A stretch of DNA of 32,000 nucleotides from Pendulispora albinea (lineage in GTDB: Bacteria; Myxococcota_A; Polyangia; Polyangiales; Polyangiaceae): assembly GCF_037157815.1 (NCBI RefSeq), contig NZ_CP089984.1. The stretch is one strand, 5' to 3'. Positions 18,339 to 28,079 of the stretch are shown one piece after another. Under the pieces are notes generated by a model, which searched no databases, had not been told where the DNA came from, and worked only from the letters and a program-made list of their open reading frames with translations. Within the stretch, counting starts at the first letter, position 1; every line of letters starts with the position of its first letter. The position numbers and the translations under genes are program-made.

Positions 18339-19157
18339 TCACCGCGTGAGCGCCGGCACCTCCTGGGTCGCTTTGGGTTTGCTCTCGTCAGATCTTGAAT
18401 CTGTCTTTTTGGTGGCCGCGGCCGGGACACGGTCTCCCGGACCGCGAGTGACGAGGACCTCCGCATGCTGGGCCAGACGGTCCAGGAGTGCGGCCGTCAG
18501 CTTGTCGTCGACGAAGACCCGGTTCCATTCACTAAAAGCCAGATTCGATGTGATCACCGTTGCGCACCGTTCGTGCCGGGTGGACAAGACGTCGAAGAGC
18601 AGCTCTCCGCCGGCTTTTTCAAACGGTACAAAGCCAAGTTCGTCCACCACCAAGAGTGAAACCCTTCGCAGTCGCTCTTGCAGGCGAGAAAGAGCGCGTG
18701 CATCCCGGGCCTCGGTCAGTGCCCGGACCAAGTCGGAGGCGCGGTAAAAGAGCACGTGGTGGCCGCGCTTGATGGCCTCGATGGCGAGCGCGATGGCCAA
18801 GTGCGTTTTTCCGGTGCCCACGGGGCCCAAGATCACGATGTTGCGCGCCGTCGGAATCCAGGCACCACGAGCCAAGTCTTCGACGCGGGCGCGTTCGAGA
18901 CCGTGTGGCCTCCGCCAATCGAATTGCGACATCGTTTTGTGCACGGGCAGACGAGCCGCTCGCATGCGGCGCCCAATCGCGTGCTCGGCGCGGACTGCGA
19001 GCTCGGCGTCGAGCAACGCCCGCAAGTACTGCAACGGTGACCAGCCTTCGGCCAGCGATTGACGTCCCAGCGTTTCGCACTCTCGTGCGACGGTCGGCAG
19101 CTTGAGTACGCGCGTATGGGCGCGTACGGCGGCCAAGAGCACGTCGTCGGTGCTCAT
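18339..19157 (-). CDS. istB: IS21-family helper ATPase IstB
   Basis: ATG at 19157. Walker A GPVGTGKTHLA; Walker B LLVVDELG; ...ITSNLAFSEW...LLDRL. Its ATG overlaps the istA stop (ATGA at 19154-19157). Confidence 0.9.
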   Translation of the reverse strand: MSTDDVLLAAVRAHTRVLKLPTVARECETLGRQSLAEGWSPLQYLRALLDAELAVRAEHAIGRRMRAARLPVHKTMSQFDWRRPHGLERARVEDLARGAWIPTARNIVILGPVGTGKTHLAIALAIEAIKRGHHVLFYRASDLVRALTEARDARALSRLQERLRRVSLLVVDELGFVPFEKAGGELLFDVLSTRHERCATVITSNLAFSEWNRVFVDDKLTAALLDRLAQHAEVLVTRGPGDRVPAAATKKTDSRSDESKPKATQEVPALTR

Positions 19158-20613
19158 GCCGATGCCCTCTCGAGAAGCACGTCGTAGCGCGATAGGTCGG
19201 GCGTCTCGACCGCGTATTCCGATAATGCCAGCGGGACAGCGGCGAGGGTTTCGGTGCGCCTTGTGCGTTGCAGAAAGGGCACCAGCGTACCGCACGCAAG
19301 GGCGGTGATGATGGCTTGCTTGACCCGACCGACTCCCTCGCGGTCAGCGCGCTCCAACCACGGAGCCAGTCTTCGTGCAGCTTCGATCAGGTCGGGCGAA
19401 TACCGATTGCAAAGCGTCTCCCAGAGCTCGGGCCATGGTGAGCCGAATTGTACCACCAACTCGTGAGCGACCTGGCGCAGAGCTTGTGGCTTGCGCGATA
19501 GTGGCAGTAGCAAATGCCGATAGTCGATACTTCGGCCACCGAAGGCCACGCGAGGATGGCAGATGGTCTCGTCGCCTTTGGCGAAGGTGACGGTGTCGAT
19601 GCCTAGGAATAGGTCGACCATCTGACCGCACCACCGACTGGGCACCGAGCGCCCGCGACGAGGTAGCTGGCGTGGTGGCGAAGCTGCACGGTGCGCACCT
19701 GGCGGCCGTCAAAAGGCGCTGGGAGAGGCCGCAGCGCGCTGCGCTCGCGGGCCCAGGCCTCGACGTACATCGGATTGCGCGAATGCTGAGCATCGAGGCG
19801 TGCTTGCAAAGCCGTGGTCATGGCGGCAAGTGATTCACCGCGCGGAATGGGCACCAAATGCTGGCGACGTACGTGTCCTCCGCGGCGCTCGACTCCTCCC
19901 TTGTCGTGGCCTTCGCCGGGGCGGCAAAAACGTGGCTCGAAGGCGTAGTGGGCGCAAAGCGCGGCAAATCGGGGCCGAAGCAGCCGTGGCGCCCCGACGA
20001 GGATCTTGGCCACGGCCGCGCTCAAGTTGTCATAGGCCACGGCGGCCACCACCCCCGCGAAGTAGGTAAACGCCGCAACGTGAGCCGCTAAGAACCAAGT
20101 GGCGTCTTGTTGCGCGCAGAGCATGGCGAAGTCGCGCCCTGAGTGCATCAAGCGCATCACGAACATCCACGCCTTCTGGCGAATCCCCGAGGGCTCGACC
20201 CACACTTCGAAAAAATCCACCTGTGCGAGCTCGCCGGGCGTGTACACCAGAGGAACAGTCACCTCACGCTCACCGCTACGAAATTCGGCCACCAATCGCC
20301 GCACGGTGCGCTCGCTCGCCGTGTGCCCGTTTTCACGCAATAGCTCCCACAGCCGCTTGGCCGTCAGCCGCTGTTTGCCCGCCGTAAAGGATCGGCGCGC
20401 TCGCCAGATAGCCGCGGCCGCCGTGGCCACCTCGTCGCGCACCGGGCTTGGTCGGACCTGTTTTTCTGGCCTTGGAACCGGAATCTTGTTGGCCCTCACG
20501 TATCGCCGAATCGTGTTTCGCGACAATCCGAGCTCCCGCGCCACTTCTCGAATCGGAACCCCTTCGCTCGCCACCTTGTGTCGAATCACTGCCACCACGT
20601 CCATCGGCACCAT
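19154..20613 (-). pseudogene. istA: IS21-family transposase IstA, split by a frameshift
   Basis: HTH IREVARELGLSRNTIRRYV. Catalytic region ...AQVDFFEV...FVMRLMHSGR.... ORF 19603..20718 terminates at 19603. The C-terminal part continues in another frame (ORF 19154..19645: VPSRWCGQMVDLFLGIDTVTF...). The expected ...AGARYSVPSRW is read as ...AGARCPVGG, which implies an indel near 19645-19655. Confidence 0.8.
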
Positions 20614-20650
20614 CCCCGGACGACGACTCCCCGCGCTTCGCTCCGCCGGG

Positions 20651-20694
20651 TGGGTCAATTTCTGGTGGCCGTCGTGGGTCAATTTAACGTGGCC
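20651..20694. repeat. IS21 right subterminal direct repeats (2 x 20 nt, period 24), inverted relative to the left pair
   Basis: TGGGTCAATTTCTGGTGGCC (20651-20670) and TGGGTCAATTTAACGTGGCC (20675-20694). Confidence 0.8.
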
Positions 20695-20701
20695 GCGTAC
20701 A

Positions 20702-21121
20702 CACCGCAAAGGCGCCACGCCTGCATTCGGGCCCTCGGGCGCCGATCATCACGGAAAGCCGGTGATCATCCCGGGCTCGATGGGCGCGGCGAGCTACCTG
20801 CTCGCCGGCATGGGCCGCGAAGACGCGCTCGCGAGCGCCTGCCACGGCGCCGGCCGTGCGCTCTCCCGCGCCAAGGCCACCCACGTTCCCAAGGAGGTTT
20901 TCGCCGGCGCGGTTGCAAAGCTGCGCGTGGTCGGTCCCATCGATCCCCGTGCGCCGCAGCTCGCGCGCCGTCGCGATATCCTCGACAAGTACGAAAAGCG
21001 GGTCATGGAGGAGGCTCCGTATGCGTACAAGCCCGTGGAGCCGGTCATCGATTCCGTCGAACACGCGAACATCGCGCGAAAGGTGGCGCGCCTGATGCCC
21101 CTTTGCACCGTAAAGGGGTAG
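20702..21121 (+). pseudogene. rtcB: 3-prime fragment (139 codons) of RNA ligase RtcB
   Basis: It starts immediately after the IS end with HRKGATPAFGP...PVIIPGSMGAASYLLAG...CHGAGRALSR...EEAPYAYKPVE...ARLMPLCTVKG, the conserved RtcB C-terminus. No upstream part of rtcB is present in the window. Confidence 0.8.
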
Positions 21122-21187
21122 CTCGAACGTCGCCTCGTGCTTTCGCCGCGGCCGTCGGCACTCGCGGCGAGCGGCGCGCGCATCGAG

Positions 21188-22015
21188 CTACCCGGTAGGG
21201 GGCCGCAACAGTAAGAGGTCGGCCGCGCCGCAATACGTTCCGCTGGGGGCGATGGCGCTTCGCGGTCCGGTCGGCCCTGCGGTGGGGCGCATTTCGTCGA
21301 ATACGGAGATGATACCAAAGTTGTTTCGTGCGATCATGCCATCGGGTGTGACCCACGTGGCGTTTTCGCCACCATCGTTGATGGCCAGCATCACGAGCAT
21401 CTCGTTTGGCGCGCGGCTCTCGATTCCGGGCGATGTATAGATCCTGGTCATGCCGAAGGAGGTCCGCTGGGCCACACCGTCGAGGGGCGCGAGCTTGTGC
21501 ACACCGCGGTAGGCGACGAGCACGAGCGCTTCGAGGGACGAGGCCACGGTGGCCGCGAAGTGATAAACGCGTTCGTCCGTCGGTAAGATGACTCGATATG
21601 CCCACACGGCGGCGGAGCCGCAAAGCGGAAAATAGTCCTGCACCTGCCACCCCGCCGGAAACGTAATTTTGCTCTCCGCCTTATCGACGTAGATCACCGC
21701 GATGAGCAAATCGTCCGCTTGCGCGCCGACAGGCGCATCGATATCGAAATTCACGGCGTTGACGGGCATCGCCGTCGATATGTTGACGAAAACGGGGCCG
21801 GCCGACCCGGAGTCACTCGAACGATCGGAATCACTTGAATCACCGTCTTTGGGCGGGCCCATCGCATCGCCCGCGCCGCCTCCACCTCCGCCCCCGGTCA
21901 AGGTATCGACATCCACCAGAAAGGAGCATCCTGCCGCCACGGCGATGCCCACAAGCACGCTCGCGCGCAAGGTGTATCGATGCAAACCACGCCGATGCGA
22001 GGCGGACCTTGTCAT
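21188..22015 (-). CDS. lipoprotein, unknown function
   Basis: MTRSASHRRGLHRYTLRASVLVGIAVAAGC signal/lipobox. A Gly7 and Asp/Ser-rich linker is followed by a globular domain of about 200 aa. High GC3. No family recognised. Confidence 0.6.
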   Translation of the reverse strand: MTRSASHRRGLHRYTLRASVLVGIAVAAGCSFLVDVDTLTGGGGGGGAGDAMGPPKDGDSSDSDRSSDSGSAGPVFVNISTAMPVNAVNFDIDAPVGAQADDLLIAVIYVDKAESKITFPAGWQVQDYFPLCGSAAVWAYRVILPTDERVYHFAATVASSLEALVLVAYRGVHKLAPLDGVAQRTSFGMTRIYTSPGIESRAPNEMLVMLAINDGGENATWVTPDGMIARNNFGIISVFDEMRPTAGPTGPRSAIAPSGTYCGAADLLLLRPPTG

Positions 22016-22538
22016 GGGAGCACCCGCGAACGATACGCCGCGTTAGCCCCTCGAGCATCGCTGTTTACGTTCCATTTGAGGATGAGGTTCTCGCGCAACC
22101 GAGTGCGGTCCTTTTATTGACGTCATTGGAACGGAACTGCGAGCGCGAACCAATCGAAATTAGGACGAGATCCTTCCCAGCGTGACGCCAATGTCCCATT
22201 CACACGCGCGCCGACGATTCGACGAGGTCGATCGCGAACGTTCGTCCGCTGCACATCGAACGGCGCGTTGCATGCGGAAGGTTCGTCCTGCTCCGGCTAT
22301 CGGGAGCGACGAGCCTCCGGGTGCACCGTGTCTCCTCTCCTCTTCTTCTTCTTCTCTTTCCGATCCCGATCCTGGCCGATCCTGGCGGCCTCTCCGGACG
22401 AAGGCGGGCGCAGCGCGGCAGGGTGGTGTATGACAATGTACACGCAGCGCACTTGGCCGCGACGCCGTACCGGGCTCGCCAATAGCCGATTTCGGAGTGG
22501 ATTCGCCTAGGTTCGGTCGGGAGGCCGCAGGTGGGAGC

Positions 22539-22566
22539 TTGACGCGGCCGCCTACATCTCTATCTT
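22539..22566 (+). promoter_or_regulatory. sigma-70-type promoter for ssrA
   Basis: TTGACG (22539-22544), 16-nt spacer, TATCTT (22561-22566). It lies about 40 nt upstream of the mature tmRNA 5-prime end. The leader contains a GTGACC-TTCG-GGTCAC hairpin (22573-22588). Confidence 0.45.
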
Positions 22567-22604
22567 GCCGACGTGACCTTCGGGTCACAGACGCACCTCA
22601 TAAC

Positions 22605-22959
<355 letters not shown>

Positions 22960-22977
22960 TGATGCGATAAATTCGAT

Positions 22978-22999
22978 CCCTCCTCCGAAAGGAGGAGGG
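22978..22999 (+). terminator. hairpin 20 nt after ssrA (terminator-like)
   Basis: CCCTCCTCC-GAAA-GGAGGAGGG: perfect 9-bp stem with a GNRA loop. No U-tract follows. Confidence 0.5.
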
Positions 23000-23309
23000 T
23001 GAGAGTGTCCAGCTTGCAGGGTGGCCTGATAGTATGGGCGACCAAACCTCGAGCTTTGGCGTGAGGGCAATGGCCCCGGTCAGGCGGCGGAGGGCGAGAG
23101 CGGATCGCGCCCATTTTGCCTGTCCCTCGGAACTCGACCTACTGCGGCGCTGATTCTGGCGCAGCATTGGGGCGGCAAGCGAATGGATCTCTGGACGAAA
23201 TTGGGACGTCGGCCGATACCTTTCGGGACGTGCGCGCCGATAACGATCCCGGCGCGCTCTCTTTCTGCGCATGGCCCAGGCGCAAGCAACGTCGCGACGA
23301 CGATCGCGG

Positions 23310-23903
23310 TCATGAACGCAAAGGCAAGTCGGGGGCAATTCGAGCGTGAGCGTGCAGGGGCTTTGCATGACGGACCTCCCATGCAGTGGTTCGGTGGAAT
23401 CGATTTGGAGCGCGCCGCCTACCGGCAGGTTCGGGAAAGCAGGCCGTTGGCGGCCCGGCACGGCGCAGAGAGCCACTGCCGTCCGATGTCGCCTTTGCTG
23501 CAAGGAGGTGAACGTCCGGTGAGCCGTGGTCGCTCTTCGAGGAGCCGTTCGAATCTTTCAATCGAGGCACTGCTGGGCAGGACAGCCGTATGGAACAAGT
23601 CGGCCGTATGGAAGGAGAGCAGGCGCGCACGCCGAGGATGTCGGTCCGCACACTAGTGCGCTTCCTGTCGTCCATTGGGGCGCCCGTGCGCTCTACGCGT
23701 CTGCGGATCGGAGCGCTGAAGCCGACCAGGTAAAGGCGATTCTCGTGCTCGAGCATGTAAAACGCGAGCTCGTCGAGGAGCGATCCCGAGCCCGGCGAGT
23801 GCATGGTGCACGTCGTCGAGATGAGGAGGCCGGATACTTCGGCCACCACCCGGTGGCGGCCGCGGATGTGCCCTTGGCAATGACTCCGTATCGAGAACGC
23901 CAT
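23310..23903 (-). CDS. hypothetical ORF; probably only the first ~100 codons are (or were) coding
   Basis: GC3 is about 85% for codons 1-100 (MAFSIRSHCQGHIRGRHRVVAEVSGLLISTTCTMHSPGSGSLLDELAFYMLEHENRLYLVGF...). It then falls to background. No SD. No family recognised. Confidence 0.25.
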   Translation of the reverse strand: MAFSIRSHCQGHIRGRHRVVAEVSGLLISTTCTMHSPGSGSLLDELAFYMLEHENRLYLVGFSAPIRRRVERTGAPMDDRKRTSVRTDILGVRACSPSIRPTCSIRLSCPAVPRLKDSNGSSKSDHGSPDVHLLAAKATSDGSGSLRRAGPPTACFPEPAGRRRAPNRFHRTTAWEVRHAKPLHAHARIAPDLPLRS

Positions 23904-24593
23904 GCGAGCTATTTCGGTTTAGGCTCATCATTCCCTTCGCGACATCATCAGAAGTGTCAACGCGGCTCTGCGTCTATCCACGATTGGGCAGATTGATTGC
24001 GTGTTTCTTGAATAAGGCAAAATACCCTTTCGCGCCGCGGATCGGGCTCACCCGAACCGTGAATGGACGGATCCTTCATCGGCAGTTACGGAACGTGGTG
24101 TGCGGTGTCTGATGGTTAAAGGAGCGGCGAGTCGTTTTGCATGTTGGGACATGCAAAAAAAATCTCCGACGAGGCAACGATGTGACCGCCACAACGTCGG
24201 GTACGTCGGCAGCGGCTTGCGCTCTGCCGTTGAAGTAGCGGAACGTCGACTTGCAACTGTGTTGTCGCCGCAATGTTTAGAAGAAGCGGGCCGAATTTGC
24301 GCGAGTCGAAATGGCCGTTGCTTCGGCTCAGAATTGCGAATCGTAAGGCAATCGAGGTACGACGGGGAATTTCACCAATCGATCGAAATTGGACTTGCGG
24401 TCATCAAAGAAGGAATCCACCATGCAGCCGTCTGAAACCGTGGCGGGGAGGGTCTGGCGCCTTTGGCAGCAAGATCGCGAATCGACGGCCCCGTGAGCCG
24501 GGGAATGAAAGGCTGGCTATTACTCGGAGCACGGTTCTGCCCTGAGCTACGGCTCTTCCGTCTTTTGACGGTGAGGGCTTCCGGAGGCGCTCC

Positions 24594-26777
24594 GTGAGCA
24601 CGGTCACCCCCGTGACGGTGGCGCAGAGGGACGACCTCATCGCCGATACGGCAACGAATACGGCAGCGGGCGCACCGAAAGTTGGAAGTCGCATCCGTGA
24701 ACACATTCGACTGGATCGACTCCTTGAGCGCGGTGAGGGTTGGATGCTCTATCTCGCCGACGATGAGGCGTGCGCCCACCTCATTCTTGTAGTCATCGCC
24801 ACATCTACGGCCGCCCTTGAAGCATGCTTGTCCGGTCGGGGAACAGGAACCGTTCTGAATCGGTCGACATTGGGGCTGCTGCACATCGCCGAAGTCATGC
24901 TTGAGGAAGCTCACTATCTCCGCTTTTGTGAGCGCCTCCTCGAGCCGCAGCATGCCGCGAGCAAAGAGCTGACGCTCGAATCTCCAAGTTCACCAAACGA
25001 AGCGCGCCTCGCGGTGGGTAGTACCTTCGCCGAGCGGTACCGCATCGACGGCGTGCTCGGTCGTGGCGGCATGGGCGAGGTGTATCGCGCATACGACAGC
25101 GTTTTTCAACGCACGGTCGCGCTCAAGGTCGTTCTGGACCACGCCTCCGAGAACACACCCGAGCAGCGCGATGACGCGCAACGACGGTTACTGAACGAAG
25201 CTCGTCTGGTGTCCGTGTTGAAGCATCCCCACATCGTCGAGATCTTCGACGCGGGCGAGAGCGCGGGGCTGCCGTACTTGGTCCTCGAGCTGTGTGACGG
25301 GGGTAATCTTCGGAAGGCCATGCAAGGAGATGCGGGGCAGACCGAGCGTTTGCAATGGCTCACGGAGATCGCGGAGGCGCTCGCCCATGCGCACGACCGC
25401 GGAATCGTGCATCGCGACGTGAAACCGGAGAACGTTCTCCTTACTCACGAGCGAAGGGCAAAGGTCACCGATTTCGGCATCGCGAAAGCGTTGAAGCGCG
25501 AAGGTCACGAAAGCAACACGTTGTTCAGCATTGTCGGCACGCCACGCTACATGGCGCCGGAGCAGCTCTCGGGCAAAGCCATCGATGCACGCGCCGACCA
25601 ATACGCCTGGGGGCTTGTCGCCCACGAGCTGCTCACGAAGTCCCACCCACGTTTGCGGGAGGTGAACGCGCTTCGCGTAGACCACGGTGCCACGGTGACG
25701 CCGACGGTACCGCCCCACCTGCGTCGCGTCCTGACGCGTGCAATGGCGCCAGAGCCAGAGGCTCGCTATGCCAATTTCCATGCGCTCTTTCTGGATTTGC
25801 AGCCTGCGCGGCGCTGGCGCGGGTGGCCTGTGGTCCTCGGAGCGATAGCAGCCCTCGCTGTAGCTGGTGTGACGGTGGGCCGGTCGATTGTCCGTCCCCA
25901 GGCCCCCGCCCAGGCAACTTCGGCGACCCCTCCGATCGCAACATTCGACACCGAGAAGGTCGATGCGGAAACGGTCAACCGTTGCGCCCCCTCGGCGCGT
26001 CCGCACCTCGCCGCGGGCCTTCAACTTTGGCGCGACGCTTCGGAATGGGAGGCACTTCCAAAACTCGAAGAAGCCACCACGCTGGATGCAGAATGCGCCT
26101 CCGCGAGTCTCTATTACATCATCGCCGCGAGCTACACCTTCCCGAAGCGGCGCGATCATTTCCGGCATGCACGCGAGCATCGTGCACGACTGACGGAGCG
26201 CGAGCGGCGGATCCTCGACGTCCTCGAGCCTTGGGTGGCCGATCCGCCCGATTTTGCGGAAGTCCATCGCCGGGCTGCCGCCAACTCCGCGCAGATGCCA
26301 CGCGATCCCGATTTTCGCACGCTCCACGCTCGCGCGTTGGCTCGCATGGGGCGTTTGGATGAGGCTCTTACCGTTCTCGATGCGAGTGCGGCCCTCCAGC
26401 TCAATCCCGTGGCGGGCCACGAATACGAGGCGGCACGAATACTCATTCGAAAGCGCGATATCGTCGCGGCGCTCGATCGGTTCGACCGATGCCTCAACGT
26501 ATCGCCGGACTCCGGGGATTGTCTCCGGTGGAAGGGACTGTTTCTCGCCTCGCGGGGGGACTGCACAAAAGCGGAGGCTGCCTTTCGCCGGCTCATCTCG
26601 GTCAAGTCGGACAGTCAGTTTGCGCACTACGCTCTCGCGAACGTGCTGCTCGTCTCGACGCACGATGCGACAGTTGCTCGGAACGCCTACGAACAACGTT
26701 GGCGCCACCTCTCGGCCAAGGACTTCCTCTCGACCCCGGCACCGGACGTCTCCCGCCTAACCCCAGAGATCACCTGA
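24594..26777 (+). CDS. membrane Ser/Thr protein kinase: unknown 140-aa N-domain, Hanks kinase domain, one TM helix, TPR-like extracytoplasmic domain; 3-prime end runs into the IS630 inverted repeat
   Basis: GGAGG (24583-24587) lies 6 nt before GTG 24594. G-loop LGRGGMGEVYRA; VALK; HRDVKPENVLL; DFGIAK; GTPRYMAPEQ. TM helix WPVVLGAIAALAVAGVTVG. Helical repeats lie downstream. The last 6 codons and the stop (26760-26777) are IS630 sequence. An alternative start is GTG 25014, just before the kinase domain. Confidence 0.8.
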   Translation: MSTVTPVTVAQRDDLIADTATNTAAGAPKVGSRIREHIRLDRLLERGEGWMLYLADDEACAHLILVVIATSTAALEACLSGRGTGTVLNRSTLGLLHIAEVMLEEAHYLRFCERLLEPQHAASKELTLESPSSPNEARLAVGSTFAERYRIDGVLGRGGMGEVYRAYDSVFQRTVALKVVLDHASENTPEQRDDAQRRLLNEARLVSVLKHPHIVEIFDAGESAGLPYLVLELCDGGNLRKAMQGDAGQTERLQWLTEIAEALAHAHDRGIVHRDVKPENVLLTHERRAKVTDFGIAKALKREGHESNTLFSIVGTPRYMAPEQLSGKAIDARADQYAWGLVAHELLTKSHPRLREVNALRVDHGATVTPTVPPHLRRVLTRAMAPEPEARYANFHALFLDLQPARRWRGWPVVLGAIAALAVAGVTVGRSIVRPQAPAQATSATPPIATFDTEKVDAETVNRCAPSARPHLAAGLQLWRDASEWEALPKLEEATTLDAECASASLYYIIAASYTFPKRRDHFRHAREHRARLTERERRILDVLEPWVADPPDFAEVHRRAAANSAQMPRDPDFRTLHARALARMGRLDEALTVLDASAALQLNPVAGHEYEAARILIRKRDIVAALDRFDRCLNVSPDSGDCLRWKGLFLASRGDCTKAEAAFRRLISVKSDSQFAHYALANVLLVSTHDATVARNAYEQRWRHLSAKDFLSTPAPDVSRLTPEIT

Positions 26778-27792
26778 GTGGAGCCCGATAACCGGCGTGA
26801 ACGAACCAGTTGCTCGCGTGCGTCTCGGTGACTCGAAAGCGCGCTCGTCTGGCGATGAGCCGAAGCGCTTTGGGGTGGCGGGGAGCGTGGCGTCGCACGT
26901 ATTGCTTTTGGAGGGCCCAGCCGGATTCAATTGGATTGAGGTCGGGCGAGTATGGGGGCAAGTAGACGACACGAACGCCGCGCGCCTTGCAGGCGGCTAC
27001 GACACGCGGGTCGCGGTGGGCGGGGAGGTTGTCCATCACCAGGACGTCTCCGGGGTACAGTCGAGGGAGCAGCTTGCGTTTCAGCCAAGCCAGGAAGCGG
27101 GGACGGTTGGCCGTTTTGAACATCGTGCTGAGGACGACCCATCCCGATAGGCGCATCGCCCCAAGAAGTGTGAGGTTCGTGCCCCAGTTCATAGGAATGC
27201 GATCGATGAATTCGCGACCTCGCTTCACCCAGGCGTGGCTCCGACTCATGGCCAGGTTTAGGCCCGATTCGTCGAGAAAAACCAGCTTTTCCACGGGAAT
27301 CCGGAGGATCCTCCGTCGGAAGGAGCGGCGCTTGGCTATGACGTCGGGTCGCTGACACTCCAACGGCCGTCGGCGTTTTTTTTGATGACGTACCCATACC
27401 GATGCAGCGCGCGCTTCATGCTGGACACATGAACTCGCGCGCCCCGCGGGCGAAGCCGATTGAACTCCGCCGTAATCTCGTTAGCGGTCGCATCGCGCAG
27501 CTTCGCAACAAGCGCATCAACGTCGCCCTGGCCGATCGGGGACGGCGTTCCGCCTCGCTTCGGGTCGGCGCCGAGCGGCACGCCACGACGCCCTCGACGA
27601 ACCCACCGCTTGACGCTCGCCTCACCGATACGAAATCGAGCGGCAATTACCGCATAGCTTCCGTCGCCAGCTTCGTACGCCTCGACGACCCTGGCTCTCA
27701 ATTCAAGAGGGTGCGCTTCCGCCATGCCGCGACCAGATCATGCCTCGAGCCAAAGAGCAAGACGCTTGATCGACCCAGGTGAGCACTGGGGT
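26760..27792 (-). mobile_element. IS630-family insertion sequence, 1033 bp, flanked by TA
   Basis: Inverted repeats are ACCCCAGAGATCACCTGAGTGG (26760-) and the reverse complement of 27792- (ACCCCAGTGCTCACCTGGGTCG), matching 18/22. A TA dinucleotide lies on both sides (26758-26759 and 27793-27794), the family-typical target duplication. Confidence 0.85.
26770..27725 (-). CDS. IS630-family DDE transposase in two frames joined by a -1 slip on an A8 run
   Basis: orfA 27336..27725 (HTH, ...HRYGYVIKK) and orfB 26770..27384 (..RRRPLECQRPDV...VFLDESG...VLVMDNLPAH...YSPDLNPIE). The run of 8 A (minus strand, 27376-27383) allows a -1 shift giving ...VIKKKRRRPLECQRPDV..., matching the usual ..KKK....EQDRPDV.. 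junction of the family. Confidence 0.8.
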
Positions 27793-27925
27793 TAACACTA
27801 CTCAGTCAATTTATGGTGGAGCGAACAGGCGCACCGGAGCGCTGCATCGCGGGCAAGGCGTAGTGAGGCACTGCAGGAGACGCTTCCGAATCGAAGGGAG
27901 CGTCGCCGGCCGGTGCGGGTCCTCG

Positions 27926-28079
27926 CTACGCCGAAGCTTTATTTTCGCGGAGGCGTTCCTGTTGAAGAAACGCGAAGCTCACGAGAGTGAGAAGTGCGTG
28001 GTGATGAAGGCCACGCCAGGAGCGACCCTCGAAGTGGTCGAGCCCGAGCTCCTCTTTTAGCTGCTGGTGGCCTTGCTCG
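27926..28079 (-). pseudogene. IS701-family transposase, 3-prime part
   Basis: ...[42 protein letters not shown], the conserved C-terminal block of IS701-type DDE transposases. It is separated from the rest of the gene by the insertion at 28076-30020. Confidence 0.75.

Larger units (their letters stand above)
18267..20701 (-). mobile_element. IS21-family insertion sequence, 2435 bp, istA-istB
   Basis: Termini are TGTCAACGGCCAC (18267-) and the reverse complement of 20701- (TGTACGCGGCCAC), matching 10/13. Each end carries two 20-nt subterminal repeats with a 24-bp period. No target-site duplication (left flank ..ACGAAG, right flank CACCGC..). Confidence 0.85.

Noticed and set aside
23244-23255. 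CGATCCCGGCGC resembles the ssrA T-arm/acceptor segment CGATTCCCGGCGC. It was considered as the distal att repeat of an island.
   Set aside because: It is only about 12 nt with an indel, and made of motifs (CCCGGCGC) that are common in this GC-rich DNA. It is too weak to call.
23650-23903. The N-terminus of ORF 23310..23903 (..VVAEVSGLLIS..CTMHSPGSGSLLDE..) loosely resembles JAB/MPN motifs (ExnG, HxHxxxxxxxSxxD).
   Set aside because: The second His is missing, and the spacing between the two motifs is far too short for a JAB fold. The resemblance is probably fortuitous.
24135-24165. Hairpin TTTTGCATG-TTGGGA-CATGCAAAA followed by an A-run, considered as a terminator.
   Set aside because: The T-run precedes the stem and the A-run follows it, on both strands, so there is no 3-prime U-tail in either orientation. 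No gene ends nearby.
24372-24953. 193-aa antisense ORF upstream of or overlapping the kinase start, whose first 90 residues look protein-like.
   Set aside because: It has no SD and its distal 100 residues are Arg/Cys-rich junk. The sense frame has a strong SD. It is kept only as an ambiguity in the findings.
25188-26708. 506-aa minus-strand ORF antisense to the Ser/Thr kinase.
   Set aside because: Shadow ORF. The plus frame carries all the Hanks kinase motifs.
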